A stretch of 64,000 nucleotides of DNA. Source: a virus. The notes under the pieces were generated by a model. The model saw only the letters and a list, made by a program, of their open reading frames with translations. It had not been told where the DNA came from and made no database searches. The translations under genes and the position numbers were made by a program. How positions within the stretch are numbered: position 1 is the first letter of the stretch; each line of letters starts with the position of its first letter. This document shows, piece after piece, positions 36,180-46,424 of the stretch. The stretch is taken from the IMG/VR virus record IMGVR_UViG_3300042691_053984, positions 68,859 to 132,858 of that record. One strand, 5' to 3'.

Positions 36180-37490
36180 ATGAACATATTGAAAGAATAC
36201 GTTTACGGCGTGATATCTGAGCTAAACAGGTACAAAAGGGAGACAGGTAAAGATCTTGACCTCACCCGTGAGGACCCTAAAACCGGAGAGGTGATTCACT
36301 ACGGACACTCTGCTGACTCATTGTCGTTTTACGACAAAAAAGGATACTTTGTGCACTTTGGAAAAGTGCCAAAAGCCGGACTGCAATTTAACAATACCAG
36401 TCCAGACACACCGATCGGATTTTATGTTTATCCTCTGGACAAGGAAAAGATTGCCAAGTTTGCAATCAATAGAAGATATGCAATGATCGTGAAACCAAAA
36501 CAGTCCGCAAATATCCTGGACATGGGTTCGTACGATGAATCTAGTTACAAGTCTGACGTACGAAAGTTGTCGTCAATTGGATTTGACAGGAAATTAGAGG
36601 ATGCCGTAAAGAAGGACGGTAAAGGAAATTCAGCGGCAAGTCTGCTTTGGCAAGTGACTCGTAGGTTGGCGTGTTCACCCGAAAGACGCTATCTTAGCGG
36701 CCTCCCACACGGGACCGACAACAATTTTCGTGATCAGGATGTAAAGACTTGGACGAACATCTTCACAAATGTGCTTAACTACGATGGCGTGACAGATCCC
36801 GGAATGGGTGTTATTTACGAAGGTGAACCTGCACAATCAGTGTTCTTTCGAATGAACCAGATTCAACTCGTTGATGTGATCGATACGTTTAACGTTGATC
36901 GTAAGGTCACTTCTGTTGATCGCTTGTTTACTCGTGACAAAAGTCCAAGACTGACGTCTAAAGAATTCTCAAAGAGAAACATTGAAAAACTGGATTTCAC
37001 GAACAGAAGAAAAGAGATACAGGTGAACAACGTAGTCATTAACAGAGGAGACTTTTTTGGCGTTGTAGGTCCTGTAAAATACGCCTTTAACGATTCAACA
37101 ATGACAAATTGTGACTTTTCCGAATCGGAGAGATTGAACTGGACGTTTAATAGATGTAATTTGCAGAATAGCGATTTTTCCAAATTGGGAGGCTTGGGCG
37201 TGAACGTGTTGTCGTTCAACGAGTCTAACGTGGACGGCGTCAGTTTTTCTGGATCGACCCTTAAATTGAGTTTAACGGGCTGTTCGTTTGACTTTGTTGA
37301 TTTATCTGATTCAACTGTCGTAAATGGCAAAATAGACAAAGTTGATGGACTGAAGGTCAATAACACGACATTTGACTCTTGCGTTTTTATTGCTGATTTT
37401 TCTGGTGTTGATTTAAGAGGTGCAACATTTGTACGTTGTGATTTTTCAAGGTCCACTAATGTGAACCTTGATGACCTCAAGGTTTCTTGA
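36180..37490 (+). CDS. Hypothetical protein: putative ART-like N-terminal domain plus C-terminal pentapeptide repeats
   Basis: VHFG...TPIGFYVYP...YDGVTDPG...EPAQSVFF; repeats such as NCDFS, NSDFS, GVSFS, GVDLR/GATFV/RCDFS. Confidence 0.6.
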   Translation: MNILKEYVYGVISELNRYKRETGKDLDLTREDPKTGEVIHYGHSADSLSFYDKKGYFVHFGKVPKAGLQFNNTSPDTPIGFYVYPLDKEKIAKFAINRRYAMIVKPKQSANILDMGSYDESSYKSDVRKLSSIGFDRKLEDAVKKDGKGNSAASLLWQVTRRLACSPERRYLSGLPHGTDNNFRDQDVKTWTNIFTNVLNYDGVTDPGMGVIYEGEPAQSVFFRMNQIQLVDVIDTFNVDRKVTSVDRLFTRDKSPRLTSKEFSKRNIEKLDFTNRRKEIQVNNVVINRGDFFGVVGPVKYAFNDSTMTNCDFSESERLNWTFNRCNLQNSDFSKLGGLGVNVLSFNESNVDGVSFSGSTLKLSLTGCSFDFVDLSDSTVVNGKIDKVDGLKVNNTTFDSCVFIADFSGVDLRGATFVRCDFSRSTNVNLDDLKVS

Positions 37491-38514
37491 ACAAGACGGA
37501 TTCAGGTCTTATGATAAGATTGTGCATTCCATCTCTCAGAAATTAGCCTTCATTGAAGGAGTCTTCGGAAAAGGGGTTCTTGCCTCAAACGGCAAGAACT
37601 TCAGCGTAAGATGTCCTATTTGCGCGCCGTCAGATCTCAACAAGAGAAAGCTTGCAATCAGGACATCCGATGATGCTCATCACTGTTGGACGTGTGGGTG
37701 GCGGTCGTATTCATTGGCACCGCTCATCAAAAAGTACGGCAGTGCATCTCAGCTACATCGTTATAGGACTGAATTTTTACCGGAAGGCCTAAAAAACAGG
37801 CGTGAAAATCCGGATCCTGAGTCGAAAACTGTCACACCACTTCCGACAGATTTTACCCTTCTTTCACTTGCAAATCTCGCAAACCCTGATGTAAAGGCCG
37901 CCTGGACCTATCTCAACAGCAGGGGAATTGACATCAGGGATGCATGGCACTATAAGCTCGGCTTTTCAAACGAATACAGGTGGCGCCGTCGAATCATGAT
38001 GCCGTCATTTGACACATGCGGTGCGCTTAACTTCTTTGTGGCGAGGAATATCGACGCAAACGACAGGCGTACAAAATACGACAATCCAGATGACGTAAAG
38101 ACAGACATCGTCTTCAACGAGCTCAGTATAGATTGGAATCGTCAACTTGTGATCTGTGAAGGACCGTTTGACATGATGAAATGTGGTGACAATTCGACCG
38201 CATTGCTGGGTTCTGACCTGAGTCCAAGTTCAAGACTATTTTCTCAGATACTGTTGAATAATACTCCGATTGCTCTTGCACTTGACGCAGACATGTGGTA
38301 CACAAAGACCCCGAAGTATGTCAAACTGCTCAGGTCTTATGACATTGACGTAGTCGTGGTCGACACACGCTTAACACAAGATCCTGGGTCTATGACAAAA
38401 TCTCAGTTTGCAGACTCTTTGCGATGTGCGTTGTCTCCATCTTGGGAAGATTCATTCATGGACAAATTGTCGAAGTTATCAGAAGTCAGTCTGCGACTAA
38501 AACATGCGTATTGA
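37468..38514 (+). CDS. DNA primase (DnaG-type; T4 gp61-like)
   Basis: Zn finger CPIC...HCWTC; TOPRIM ICEGPFD; LALDAD. Confidence 0.92.
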   Translation: MMTSRFLEQDGFRSYDKIVHSISQKLAFIEGVFGKGVLASNGKNFSVRCPICAPSDLNKRKLAIRTSDDAHHCWTCGWRSYSLAPLIKKYGSASQLHRYRTEFLPEGLKNRRENPDPESKTVTPLPTDFTLLSLANLANPDVKAAWTYLNSRGIDIRDAWHYKLGFSNEYRWRRRIMMPSFDTCGALNFFVARNIDANDRRTKYDNPDDVKTDIVFNELSIDWNRQLVICEGPFDMMKCGDNSTALLGSDLSPSSRLFSQILLNNTPIALALDADMWYTKTPKYVKLLRSYDIDVVVVDTRLTQDPGSMTKSQFADSLRCALSPSWEDSFMDKLSKLSEVSLRLKHAY

Positions 38515-38551
38515 TAAACATTAAAACAACCGTATTGTACCGTTATAACCC

Positions 38552-41500
38552 ATGATTCGTATTGCCCACACCGCTGACATCCACATCAGAGCCTTATCAC
38601 GTCACGATGAATACAGGGAAACATTTCAAAGTTTCATCGACGATTGCAGAGATCAGAAGACAGATCACATATTTGTGGGAGGAGACATCTTTCACACCAA
38701 GACAACCGGTATCTCTCCGGAATACATAGACTTGTTGTCTTGGTGGTTGACGGAAATGTCAAAAGTTGCACCGGTACATATGATTCTAGGCAATCATGAC
38801 GGCAACCTTGTCAACATGTCAAGGCAAGACGCTGTGTCGCCCATTGTGGATGCATTGGGTAATCCAAGGATCCACCTCTACAAAAAAAGCGGAGTGTACG
38901 AGTTTTCGCCGGGTTATAATTTTTGTGTGTACTCTCTCTTTGATGAGGAGGGTTGGGATCAGGTAAAACCTGTTCCTGGAGATTTCAACATTGCATGTTA
39001 TCATGGTTCTGTCTTGGGCAGCAAGACTGAATCTGATTGGGCAGTTGAAGACGGTATCGGAGTTTCTTTTTTTAAAGATTACGATATCACCTTACTAGGC
39101 GATATTCATAAACGACAGTTCTTGTCCTACAGGGACTACAGACCAGTCATGGCATATCCAGGAACTCTAATCCAGCAAAATTACGCGGAAGAGCTTGATC
39201 ACGGATATTTGATCTGGGATATACACTCACACTCTGAGTGGGGTGTCGAATATAGGTCACTTCCCAACACGAAGCCATTTGTGACTCTTGAATGGGCAGG
39301 CTCGCTTGAGTCTACGTTTATGCTAGCAAGCGACTTTCCTTCCGGCGCAAGGTTTAGGGTCAAGAGCCTTTCTCATATAAGTCATCATGAAATTCAAGGC
39401 TTGACTTCTCGCTTGAAGCAGGATCTTCATGCGTCGGAAGTCACTTTTAAAATAGACCAACAGGTCGACAAAGAGGTCATTGCAACAGAGACCCAAGTGT
39501 TGCATAGAGCCGATTTACGCGAGCCAGATATGTTACTTTCTTTGTTGAAGAATTACCACGTATCATCAGGACAAAATGATGACATGTGGCAAAGGGTCGG
39601 AGAGCAAGTCAAGTCTTATCTTTCCCAGGTTGCATCATCTGACGACTCTGCAAGAAATACGAAGTGGTCGTTGAAGAACATCAAGTTTGACAACTTGTTT
39701 TCTTACGGCGAAGGGAATGAAATCAATTTTGATGATTTAAACGGCATTGTCGGTATTTTTGGATCAAACAGGGCAGGAAAGTCGTCAATTGTCGGCAGCA
39801 TCATGTATTCGTTGTTCAACACCACTGACCGTGGGCCTATGAAAAACCTTTATGTATGCAACATCAGAAAGCCTTTTTGCTATTCAAGGGCGTTGATCAG
39901 GGTGAACGGTGTGGATTATGTCATTGAAAGGCAGACCACAAAAAATGAAAACAAGAAGGGAGTCGTAAACGCTGCAACTGCATTAAATCTCTATCGGATA
40001 GATTCCAAAGGAGAGGCACATGACCTTGCAGGCGAGCAAAGAAACGATACGGAGAAGGCCGTCAGACGCCTGATAGGAAATCCAGATGATTTTTTGATGA
40101 CGTCTCTTTCTGCGCAGGGTGAGATTAATCAGTTTATTCAACATGGTTCTTCTAAGAGAAGGACGATCTTGTCTAAATTTCTTGACCTGGATGTTTTTGA
40201 GAAGATGTACGATTTGGCAAACAAGGATCTTGGCGTCTCAAAGGCACAGTTAAAAATACTTCCTGATCGTGATTGGAAGGCCCTCGAGCTTTCTAATAAA
40301 AATGGACTTTTGGAGTGTGACAGAAGCATTTCTGATCTTCGTAGGATTTCAGAGGAACAGACTGAAAAGTTGTCAGAACTGAGACAAAGACTGGCGCAAC
40401 ACAGCGATTTTACGCCTGTCACGCCGTCTCAAGTTGAATCACAAAAAAGCAAAGTGTTAGATCTAGACAAGAGGTTGAACGAAAGCCGGAGTGCTCTCAG
40501 GACGCTTCAGGATGACTCTGAAAAATTAAAAGGTAAGATCAATCAAATCAATTCATTGAGTGAGGAAAATGACATCTCGAGCCTTAAGAAGAGACAAGAT
40601 TTTTTTGTACAGCTGGAGTCTTCTGTCAAAGAACTCAAGTTGATGCATGAAAAAGAGTCTTCGCTACTAAAGCAGCAGGAAAGATCTGCAAAGATTCTTG
40701 ATGATGTTCCATGTGGAGATATGTTTCCGACGTGCAAGTTCATCAAGGATGCACACACCGCAAAGGGAAAGATAGAGGAACAGAAAGGTAAGTCTGCAAA
40801 AGCACTGGAAAAACTTGAAAAAGTTTCGGAGTCTCTGGAAAAGTTGAAGGTGGAAAACATCCAAGACAAGTTAGGCAAACTTCAGAAGTTGCAAGACATG
40901 CACACGAAACTGACGATTGAACTTTCAAAGAAGCAGACGGAATTAGTGAGACTTGAAAGTACGATTGAGTCAATTGAATTGTTGGTTGAACCGGCTCGTA
41001 ATCGTCTTAATGAGTTGGAAGAGGCGTTAAGGAACGATGAAAATGCTGAAATTGTCTCATTGCGAGCCGAGATAGACGCTATCACAAAGAATTTGTCACG
41101 TTTAGATAGTGAAAAAATTCAACTTGCAAGCAAACTGGGTAAATTGAACTCAGAACTCGAGAAATTTTCTGATGAGAGGTTTTCGCGTGAAACAGTCCTT
41201 CAAAAAATGAAGGTACACGAGCTCATTACAACTGCATTTTCCAGAAAGGGCGTTCCGTCTGTGGTCGTTGCGTCGCAAATGCCTGCCATCAACTCAGAGA
41301 TCTCAAAGATTCTCTCGGGAATAGTGGACTTCACGGTTGAACTAGAGGTTGACGAAGAGTCTGACTCAATGGAAGTCTATATCAACTATGGTGATTCAAG
41401 GAGAATTATTGAGCTTGGATCGGGCATGGAAAAGATGATTAGCTCAATAGCTATCAGAGTTGCACTTATCAATGTTTCCTCCTTGCCCAAGACAGATATG

Positions 41501-41692
41501 TTCATCATAGACGAAGGATTTGGGGCCCTTGATGATGCAGGTGTTGAATCTTGTAATAGGCTTTTGGCTTCCTTAAAGAGATATTTCAAGACTGTCATCG
41601 TAATCACTCACGTAGACGGCGTCAAGGATGCAGCTGACGTTGTGTTGGAGATCACAAAAAATGAGAAGGATTCAAGCGTGCGTTATGCATAA
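38552..41692 (+). CDS. Mre11/SbcD nuclease - Rad50/SbcC ATPase fusion (gp47-gp46-like)
   Basis: HTADIH, GGDIFH, LGNHD, LGDIH; GSNRAGKSS Walker A; coiled coil with PCGDMFPTC; GSGMEK signature; IIDEGFGALD; ITH. Confidence 0.92.
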   Translation: MIRIAHTADIHIRALSRHDEYRETFQSFIDDCRDQKTDHIFVGGDIFHTKTTGISPEYIDLLSWWLTEMSKVAPVHMILGNHDGNLVNMSRQDAVSPIVDALGNPRIHLYKKSGVYEFSPGYNFCVYSLFDEEGWDQVKPVPGDFNIACYHGSVLGSKTESDWAVEDGIGVSFFKDYDITLLGDIHKRQFLSYRDYRPVMAYPGTLIQQNYAEELDHGYLIWDIHSHSEWGVEYRSLPNTKPFVTLEWAGSLESTFMLASDFPSGARFRVKSLSHISHHEIQGLTSRLKQDLHASEVTFKIDQQVDKEVIATETQVLHRADLREPDMLLSLLKNYHVSSGQNDDMWQRVGEQVKSYLSQVASSDDSARNTKWSLKNIKFDNLFSYGEGNEINFDDLNGIVGIFGSNRAGKSSIVGSIMYSLFNTTDRGPMKNLYVCNIRKPFCYSRALIRVNGVDYVIERQTTKNENKKGVVNAATALNLYRIDSKGEAHDLAGEQRNDTEKAVRRLIGNPDDFLMTSLSAQGEINQFIQHGSSKRRTILSKFLDLDVFEKMYDLANKDLGVSKAQLKILPDRDWKALELSNKNGLLECDRSISDLRRISEEQTEKLSELRQRLAQHSDFTPVTPSQVESQKSKVLDLDKRLNESRSALRTLQDDSEKLKGKINQINSLSEENDISSLKKRQDFFVQLESSVKELKLMHEKESSLLKQQERSAKILDDVPCGDMFPTCKFIKDAHTAKGKIEEQKGKSAKALEKLEKVSESLEKLKVENIQDKLGKLQKLQDMHTKLTIELSKKQTELVRLESTIESIELLVEPARNRLNELEEALRNDENAEIVSLRAEIDAITKNLSRLDSEKIQLASKLGKLNSELEKFSDERFSRETVLQKMKVHELITTAFSRKGVPSVVVASQMPAINSEISKILSGIVDFTVELEVDEESDSMEVYINYGDSRRIIELGSGMEKMISSIAIRVALINVSSLPKTDMFIIDEGFGALDDAGVESCNRLLASLKRYFKTVIVITHVDGVKDAADVVLEITKNEKDSSVRYA

Positions 41693-41996
41693 ATTAGAAA
41701 AAAGACCATATTTACGTGATCGCTGGATCGTTACACACCCAAAACAATTCTACGTAATTACTCCTGTTGAGTTTCACAGAAACATACCGATCAGTTGTCC
41801 GGTTTGTGAAACGTTGCTCAGGTCAAAAGATGACGAAGATGCATATGAAGAATTTTCATGTTGTCACAGGTGCTCCATGGCGTGGGCATCCTCGAGAAGA
41901 GAAAAGTGGAAGGATGGGTGGAGACCAGCTCCAAATGAGTTAAAGTTAGAGGTATCTTCAAGACCTCCATTAAACATCAATTTTAAAATCGAATGA
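41685..41996 (+). CDS. Small Zn-binding hypothetical protein
   Basis: CPVC...CCHRC; ATG overlaps the upstream stop. Confidence 0.65.
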   Translation: MHKLEKRPYLRDRWIVTHPKQFYVITPVEFHRNIPISCPVCETLLRSKDDEDAYEEFSCCHRCSMAWASSRREKWKDGWRPAPNELKLEVSSRPPLNINFKIE

Positions 41997-42025
41997 TTGT
42001 AATACTTATCTGACAGGAGCTTCAT

Positions 42026-42409
42026 ATGCCAAATGCCGACATTGATTATAACGCCTTGGGACAGGCGATGGATACTTCGTGGGGTCGTTCATCTACGCCG
42101 GCAACCGCAGGTTGCTCTGTGAAGTTTAATCTTCATGGTAACATGCTTACGGCAACGTATATCGTGATGATAAACTTCGGTACGGAGAAAGAAATGATCC
42201 TGACAAAGAGATCATGCTCAGAAGAATCCATATCGGTGACCAATGAAGTCATGTCAAAGGTTAAAAGCACTTACAAAGACATCTCAGGAAAGTCGCTAAC
42301 CGTCAAGCAGATGTTTACAGGTGATTCCATGGAAATTGTTGGCTTTGGTATCCACAATCCAAAGCGGACCGCTTGTTACAGGCGTAAGACAACATTTGAA
42401 GTCGGATGA
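42026..42409 (+). CDS. Hypothetical protein upstream of the terminase
   Basis: AGGAG SD; 127 aa. Confidence 0.7.
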   Translation: MPNADIDYNALGQAMDTSWGRSSTPATAGCSVKFNLHGNMLTATYIVMINFGTEKEMILTKRSCSEESISVTNEVMSKVKSTYKDISGKSLTVKQMFTGDSMEIVGFGIHNPKRTACYRRKTTFEVG

Positions 42410-42412
42410 TCC

Positions 42413-44026
42413 ATGGCCCAACCTTCAGGTAGAGAACATCAGGTCAAGGAGGTCTTGAAGTGCGGACGTGACGCAGTCTACTTCATGAGATCATACGCAA
42501 GGATTCAACATCCAAAAAAGGGATTGATTCCGTTTGAGACGTACCCATTCCAGGACGATTGCGTCCATGATTTTGAAAAGAACAGATTCAACATCATTCT
42601 TAAGTCTCGTCAGTTAGGTCTGTCCACTGTCACCGCTGCGTATGCAGTGTGGTACGCCATTTTCAAGAAAGACAAGAACATCCTCGTCATTGCTACAAAG
42701 TTGCAAACTGCAATGAACTTCATCAAAAAGGTGAAGACAATGCTGGATGGTCTTCCAAAGTGGCTGTTGCTGACAAAGTTTGAGCCGACTCGACAACAGA
42801 TCAGGTTTTCAAATGGATCAACGATCACCGCCATTCCAACTTCACCTGACGCAGGTCGTTCAGAGGCTTTGTCTCTTCTAATCGTCGATGAGGCAGCATT
42901 TATTAGGGATTTCGAGGACATCTGGACCGGTCTATATCCCACGCTTTCAACGGGTGGTTCAGCCATTATCATCTCTACACCAAACGGCGTAGGGGGAATG
43001 TATTACAAACTATGGACAGATGGTGTCTCTCAACAAAACGAGTTCAACACCATCAATTTGCCATGGTGGGTACATCCGGAACACGATCAGGAATGGTTTG
43101 ACAAAGAGACCAGAAACCTTCCTAAAAGGAAGGTTGCACAGGAGTTTCTCTGTGACTTCATCTCGTCAGGTGACACGTTTTTACAAGAGACTGAGATGGA
43201 GTATCTCAGGTCGATGATCGAATCTCCGAGAAAAAAACAAGGACCAGCAAACGCCGTGTGGATCTGGGATGATCCACGACCGGGCAAAAAGTACGCAATC
43301 TCCGCTGACGTGGCCCGTGGTGACGGTGCTGACTTCTCAGCATTTCACGTCATTGACGCAGCAGAATGCCAAGTGGTGGCAGAGTACATGGGCAAAATAC
43401 CACCAGATAAACTTGCAGATCTTTTGTTAGAATACGGCAAGATGTACAATAACGCTCTGTTATGTCCTGAAAGGAACACATTTGGTTATTTCACCTGCGT
43501 AAAGTTACGTGACTCAGGTTATAAGAGGTTATGGTATAGGTCGACATCGGGAGACCCCTGGGAATATGCATGCTCGGACATAGAAGCAGTACCAGGATTT
43601 GAAACACAAGGAAATACAAGGCCACAGATTCTTGGTAAACTGGAAGAGTTGATCAGGAACAAGGTAATCAAGACGTATTCTCAAAGAACCTACGATCAAC
43701 TACAAGCATTTATTTGGCAAGGATCCAAGGCACAGGCCTCTCGTGAGAGTCACGATGACCTAATCTTGAGCCTTGCAATTGGTACATGGTTGACAAATGG
43801 AACTTCCTCCTCAAATGAGTCAGGAATGGAACACGCGATAGCGATGCTAAGATCAACAAGGGTCGAAAAGAGAGATACCAGTTCAATGCCCAGTGACATT
43901 AATTCAGTTAGACCTGTAAACAATCCACATGTTCATGGTTTCACTCCATATAGCGCTACAACGCCTAGGGATTCTTCGTCGGTAAAACACGGAGGAACGT
44001 CAGATTTTAGTTGGTTGTTGCGTTGA
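42413..44026 (+). CDS. terL: Terminase large subunit (T4 gp17-like)
   Basis: YPFQ; LKSRQLGLST Walker A; LIVDEAAF Walker B; ISTPNG; ADVARGDGADFS; HDDLILS. Confidence 0.96.
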   Translation: MAQPSGREHQVKEVLKCGRDAVYFMRSYARIQHPKKGLIPFETYPFQDDCVHDFEKNRFNIILKSRQLGLSTVTAAYAVWYAIFKKDKNILVIATKLQTAMNFIKKVKTMLDGLPKWLLLTKFEPTRQQIRFSNGSTITAIPTSPDAGRSEALSLLIVDEAAFIRDFEDIWTGLYPTLSTGGSAIIISTPNGVGGMYYKLWTDGVSQQNEFNTINLPWWVHPEHDQEWFDKETRNLPKRKVAQEFLCDFISSGDTFLQETEMEYLRSMIESPRKKQGPANAVWIWDDPRPGKKYAISADVARGDGADFSAFHVIDAAECQVVAEYMGKIPPDKLADLLLEYGKMYNNALLCPERNTFGYFTCVKLRDSGYKRLWYRSTSGDPWEYACSDIEAVPGFETQGNTRPQILGKLEELIRNKVIKTYSQRTYDQLQAFIWQGSKAQASRESHDDLILSLAIGTWLTNGTSSSNESGMEHAIAMLRSTRVEKRDTSSMPSDINSVRPVNNPHVHGFTPYSATTPRDSSSVKHGGTSDFSWLLR

Positions 44027-44057
44027 TACATATATTTAGCATGAAGAGGAAAATGAT

Positions 44058-44375
44058 ATGAAAAACAAGATTACGATCAATAGGCTCAAGACTATCATTT
44101 CTGAAGAAATTTCTTCCCTGGTAAGTGAAGACTCCTCTAAGTCAAACAAGGTTGCAAAACTTGTGACAAGCGCAAGCAAACTTTTGACCGCGCTTGAGTC
44201 GTTCAGGGACAGCGTCTCAGATAGAAAAGCCATAGATGCCGTGTCGCCACACCTGGATTCTTTGATGACCATAATGGATCAGATGGTTGATCACGCCTCA
44301 ACTTACGTAGACGATCCGAAAGTTGAGCCAAAAAAGGTTATCTTAAAAGTTTCAAAAGAAAAGGGCGTGATGTAA
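44058..44375 (+). CDS. Hypothetical head-associated protein with the N-terminal leader
   Basis: ITINRLKTIISEEI; GAGG SD. Confidence 0.7.
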   Translation: MKNKITINRLKTIISEEISSLVSEDSSKSNKVAKLVTSASKLLTALESFRDSVSDRKAIDAVSPHLDSLMTIMDQMVDHASTYVDDPKVEPKKVILKVSKEKGVM

Positions 44376-44450
44376 CGTAAATTCCTATACTGGGAAAGAT
44401 ACCGGCTTACAATTCCTTGAGCCATGTCTCTAATAGGCAGGCAAACAATT

Positions 44451-46424
44451 ATGGTAAAAAAACAAAATCAATCTTTGTTCAAGAAGCTGACCGACCTTTT
44501 TCGAAGCGGTCCTGTCGTCAAGAGAAAGATTAAAACAATTGACACAGCGATCGCCGTACCTGATAGGACAAAGTCTTCAGGCGCTCTTCTATTTCAGAAG
44601 TCACTCGCTCCCACTTACGCCACCATAACGGCCAACGCGTATAACCTTTCTGAACGCTTGATGCGCTATCAAGATTTTCAAGAAATGGAATATACTCCTG
44701 AAATTGCTGCCGCCCTTGACATCTACGCAGATGAATCCTGTTCGCAGGATGAAAAGGGTCGAGTGATGCATATCTACTCTGACAACGAGAAGATCAAAGA
44801 AATCCTAGAAGATCTATTCTACAATACCCTTAACACCGAATTCAATCTGAGGTCATGGACAAGAAACCTAGTAAAATACGGTGACTTTTTCCTCTATAAC
44901 GACGTACACCCAGATTATGGCGTTGTCTCCGCATTTCCTGTCCCTGTCAATGAAATAGAAAGGGAAGAGAACTTTGACAGGGATGATCCTTTTGCAGTCA
45001 GGTATCGTTGGGTCACATTGGGAAACAGGGTTTTAGAAAATTGGGAGATCACACACTTCCGCCTACTTGGTAATGACATGTTCTTGCCATACGGTTCATC
45101 AGTTATTGAACCTGCACGTAGAATTTGGCGTCAGCTCATTCTGATTGAAGACGCCATGCTTGTGTACAGGGTTGTGAGAGCTCCTGAGAGAAGGGTATTT
45201 TACATTGACGTGGCCAACATTCCAGCTGCAGACGTGCCACTCTACGTGGAAGAGCAAAGGAAGAACCTTAAAACAAATCAAGTGGTAGATAGGAACACCG
45301 GCAGAGTGGATCTCAGGTACAATCCTATGAGCGTAGATGAGGATTTTATAATCCCGGTTCGTGGTACAGACACAGGAACTCGCATCGAAACCCTTGCTGG
45401 CGGTCAAAACACCGCTGCAGTCGAAGACGTTGCGTACATACAAAAAAAGTTATTCGCGGCGTTGAAGATCCCACGAGCATATCTCGGCTATGACGAAATG
45501 CTTTCAAGCAAGGCGACACTTGCACAAGAAGACATCAGGTTCTCAAGAACCATCAACGTTATTCAACGGGTTCTTTTATCTGAGCTCAACAAGCTTGCGA
45601 TTATTCACTTGTACGCTCACGGTTTTGATGGCGATGATCTTCAAAATTTCACGTTGAGATTGTCTAACCCATCCACTGTTGCGCAGCAGCAGAAGCTGGA
45701 GCTTTGGAGAACCAAATTTGAGATCGCGGGATCTGCGCCAGAAGGTTACGTAAACAAAAACTTCATCCGTAAGGAGATCTGGGGCCTTAACGATGAAGAG
45801 TGCAATGAGATTGACGATGAACGTAAGAAGGACAAGATCATTGATCAACAAGTTGAGACCGCTGGTGCAGACGCAGTGGGCGAAGACACTGGGGGCGGCG
45901 ACGCAGGATCTGACCTTGGTGACCTCGACGCTGACCTTGGCGATACCGGTGGCGGAGACGATACCACCCCACCTGAAGAAAACGCCGGTGAAACTCCCGA
46001 AGAGGACAGTGAACCCGGGATATCTCTTTTGACGTCAGGCGATGATTATGATGATTTTGAGGGGGCGTCATACTCCCTTAAGGAACTTGATTTTCCGATC
46101 AACATCAGAAACAATATCAAGGAATCAAACCTTGTCGCTCGAAATAAAAGAAACAGTAAACGACGGAAAAGAGCGATGAAGCACATGCCAGATTTTGCGT
46201 CAATGTTGTCGCATGACAACAGAAGCTTCAAAGATGTGACAGGTCTAAAGTCCGTCCTTGAGACAAGGTTAAGTTCAAGCCCACAGCCAACGAGGACCAA
46301 TCTTCCACCTGACGTGTTGTCTGCGTTAAGGCAGTGGAAACAAAGACACGGTGTCACAAACTCGATATTGAAAGAGTCAGAGCAAGACCTATTTATTCTT
46401 GACGATGAAGGTGATGAGACATGA
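44451..46424 (+). CDS. Portal protein (T4 gp20-like) with an acidic C-terminal extension
   Basis: MEYTPEIAAALDIYADE; IEDAMLVYRVVRAPERRVFYIDV; EDFIIPVRG...IETLAGG; KKLFAALKIP. Confidence 0.95.
   Translation: MVKKQNQSLFKKLTDLFRSGPVVKRKIKTIDTAIAVPDRTKSSGALLFQKSLAPTYATITANAYNLSERLMRYQDFQEMEYTPEIAAALDIYADESCSQDEKGRVMHIYSDNEKIKEILEDLFYNTLNTEFNLRSWTRNLVKYGDFFLYNDVHPDYGVVSAFPVPVNEIEREENFDRDDPFAVRYRWVTLGNRVLENWEITHFRLLGNDMFLPYGSSVIEPARRIWRQLILIEDAMLVYRVVRAPERRVFYIDVANIPAADVPLYVEEQRKNLKTNQVVDRNTGRVDLRYNPMSVDEDFIIPVRGTDTGTRIETLAGGQNTAAVEDVAYIQKKLFAALKIPRAYLGYDEMLSSKATLAQEDIRFSRTINVIQRVLLSELNKLAIIHLYAHGFDGDDLQNFTLRLSNPSTVAQQQKLELWRTKFEIAGSAPEGYVNKNFIRKEIWGLNDEECNEIDDERKKDKIIDQQVETAGADAVGEDTGGGDAGSDLGDLDADLGDTGGGDDTTPPEENAGETPEEDSEPGISLLTSGDDYDDFEGASYSLKELDFPINIRNNIKESNLVARNKRNSKRRKRAMKHMPDFASMLSHDNRSFKDVTGLKSVLETRLSSSPQPTRTNLPPDVLSALRQWKQRHGVTNSILKESEQDLFILDDEGDET

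Noticed and set aside
36863-37480. 205-aa minus-strand ORF
   Set aside because: Antisense shadow of the pentapeptide-repeat region with Ser/Thr-rich, non-family content
42026-42409. Small terminase subunit call based on position
   Set aside because: No recognisable gp16 or HTH motif; position alone is not enough
42413-44026. Intein or intron in the terminase, portal or helicase
   Set aside because: Lengths are normal, and no C/S...HN-C/S/T junctions or LAGLIDADG motifs were seen
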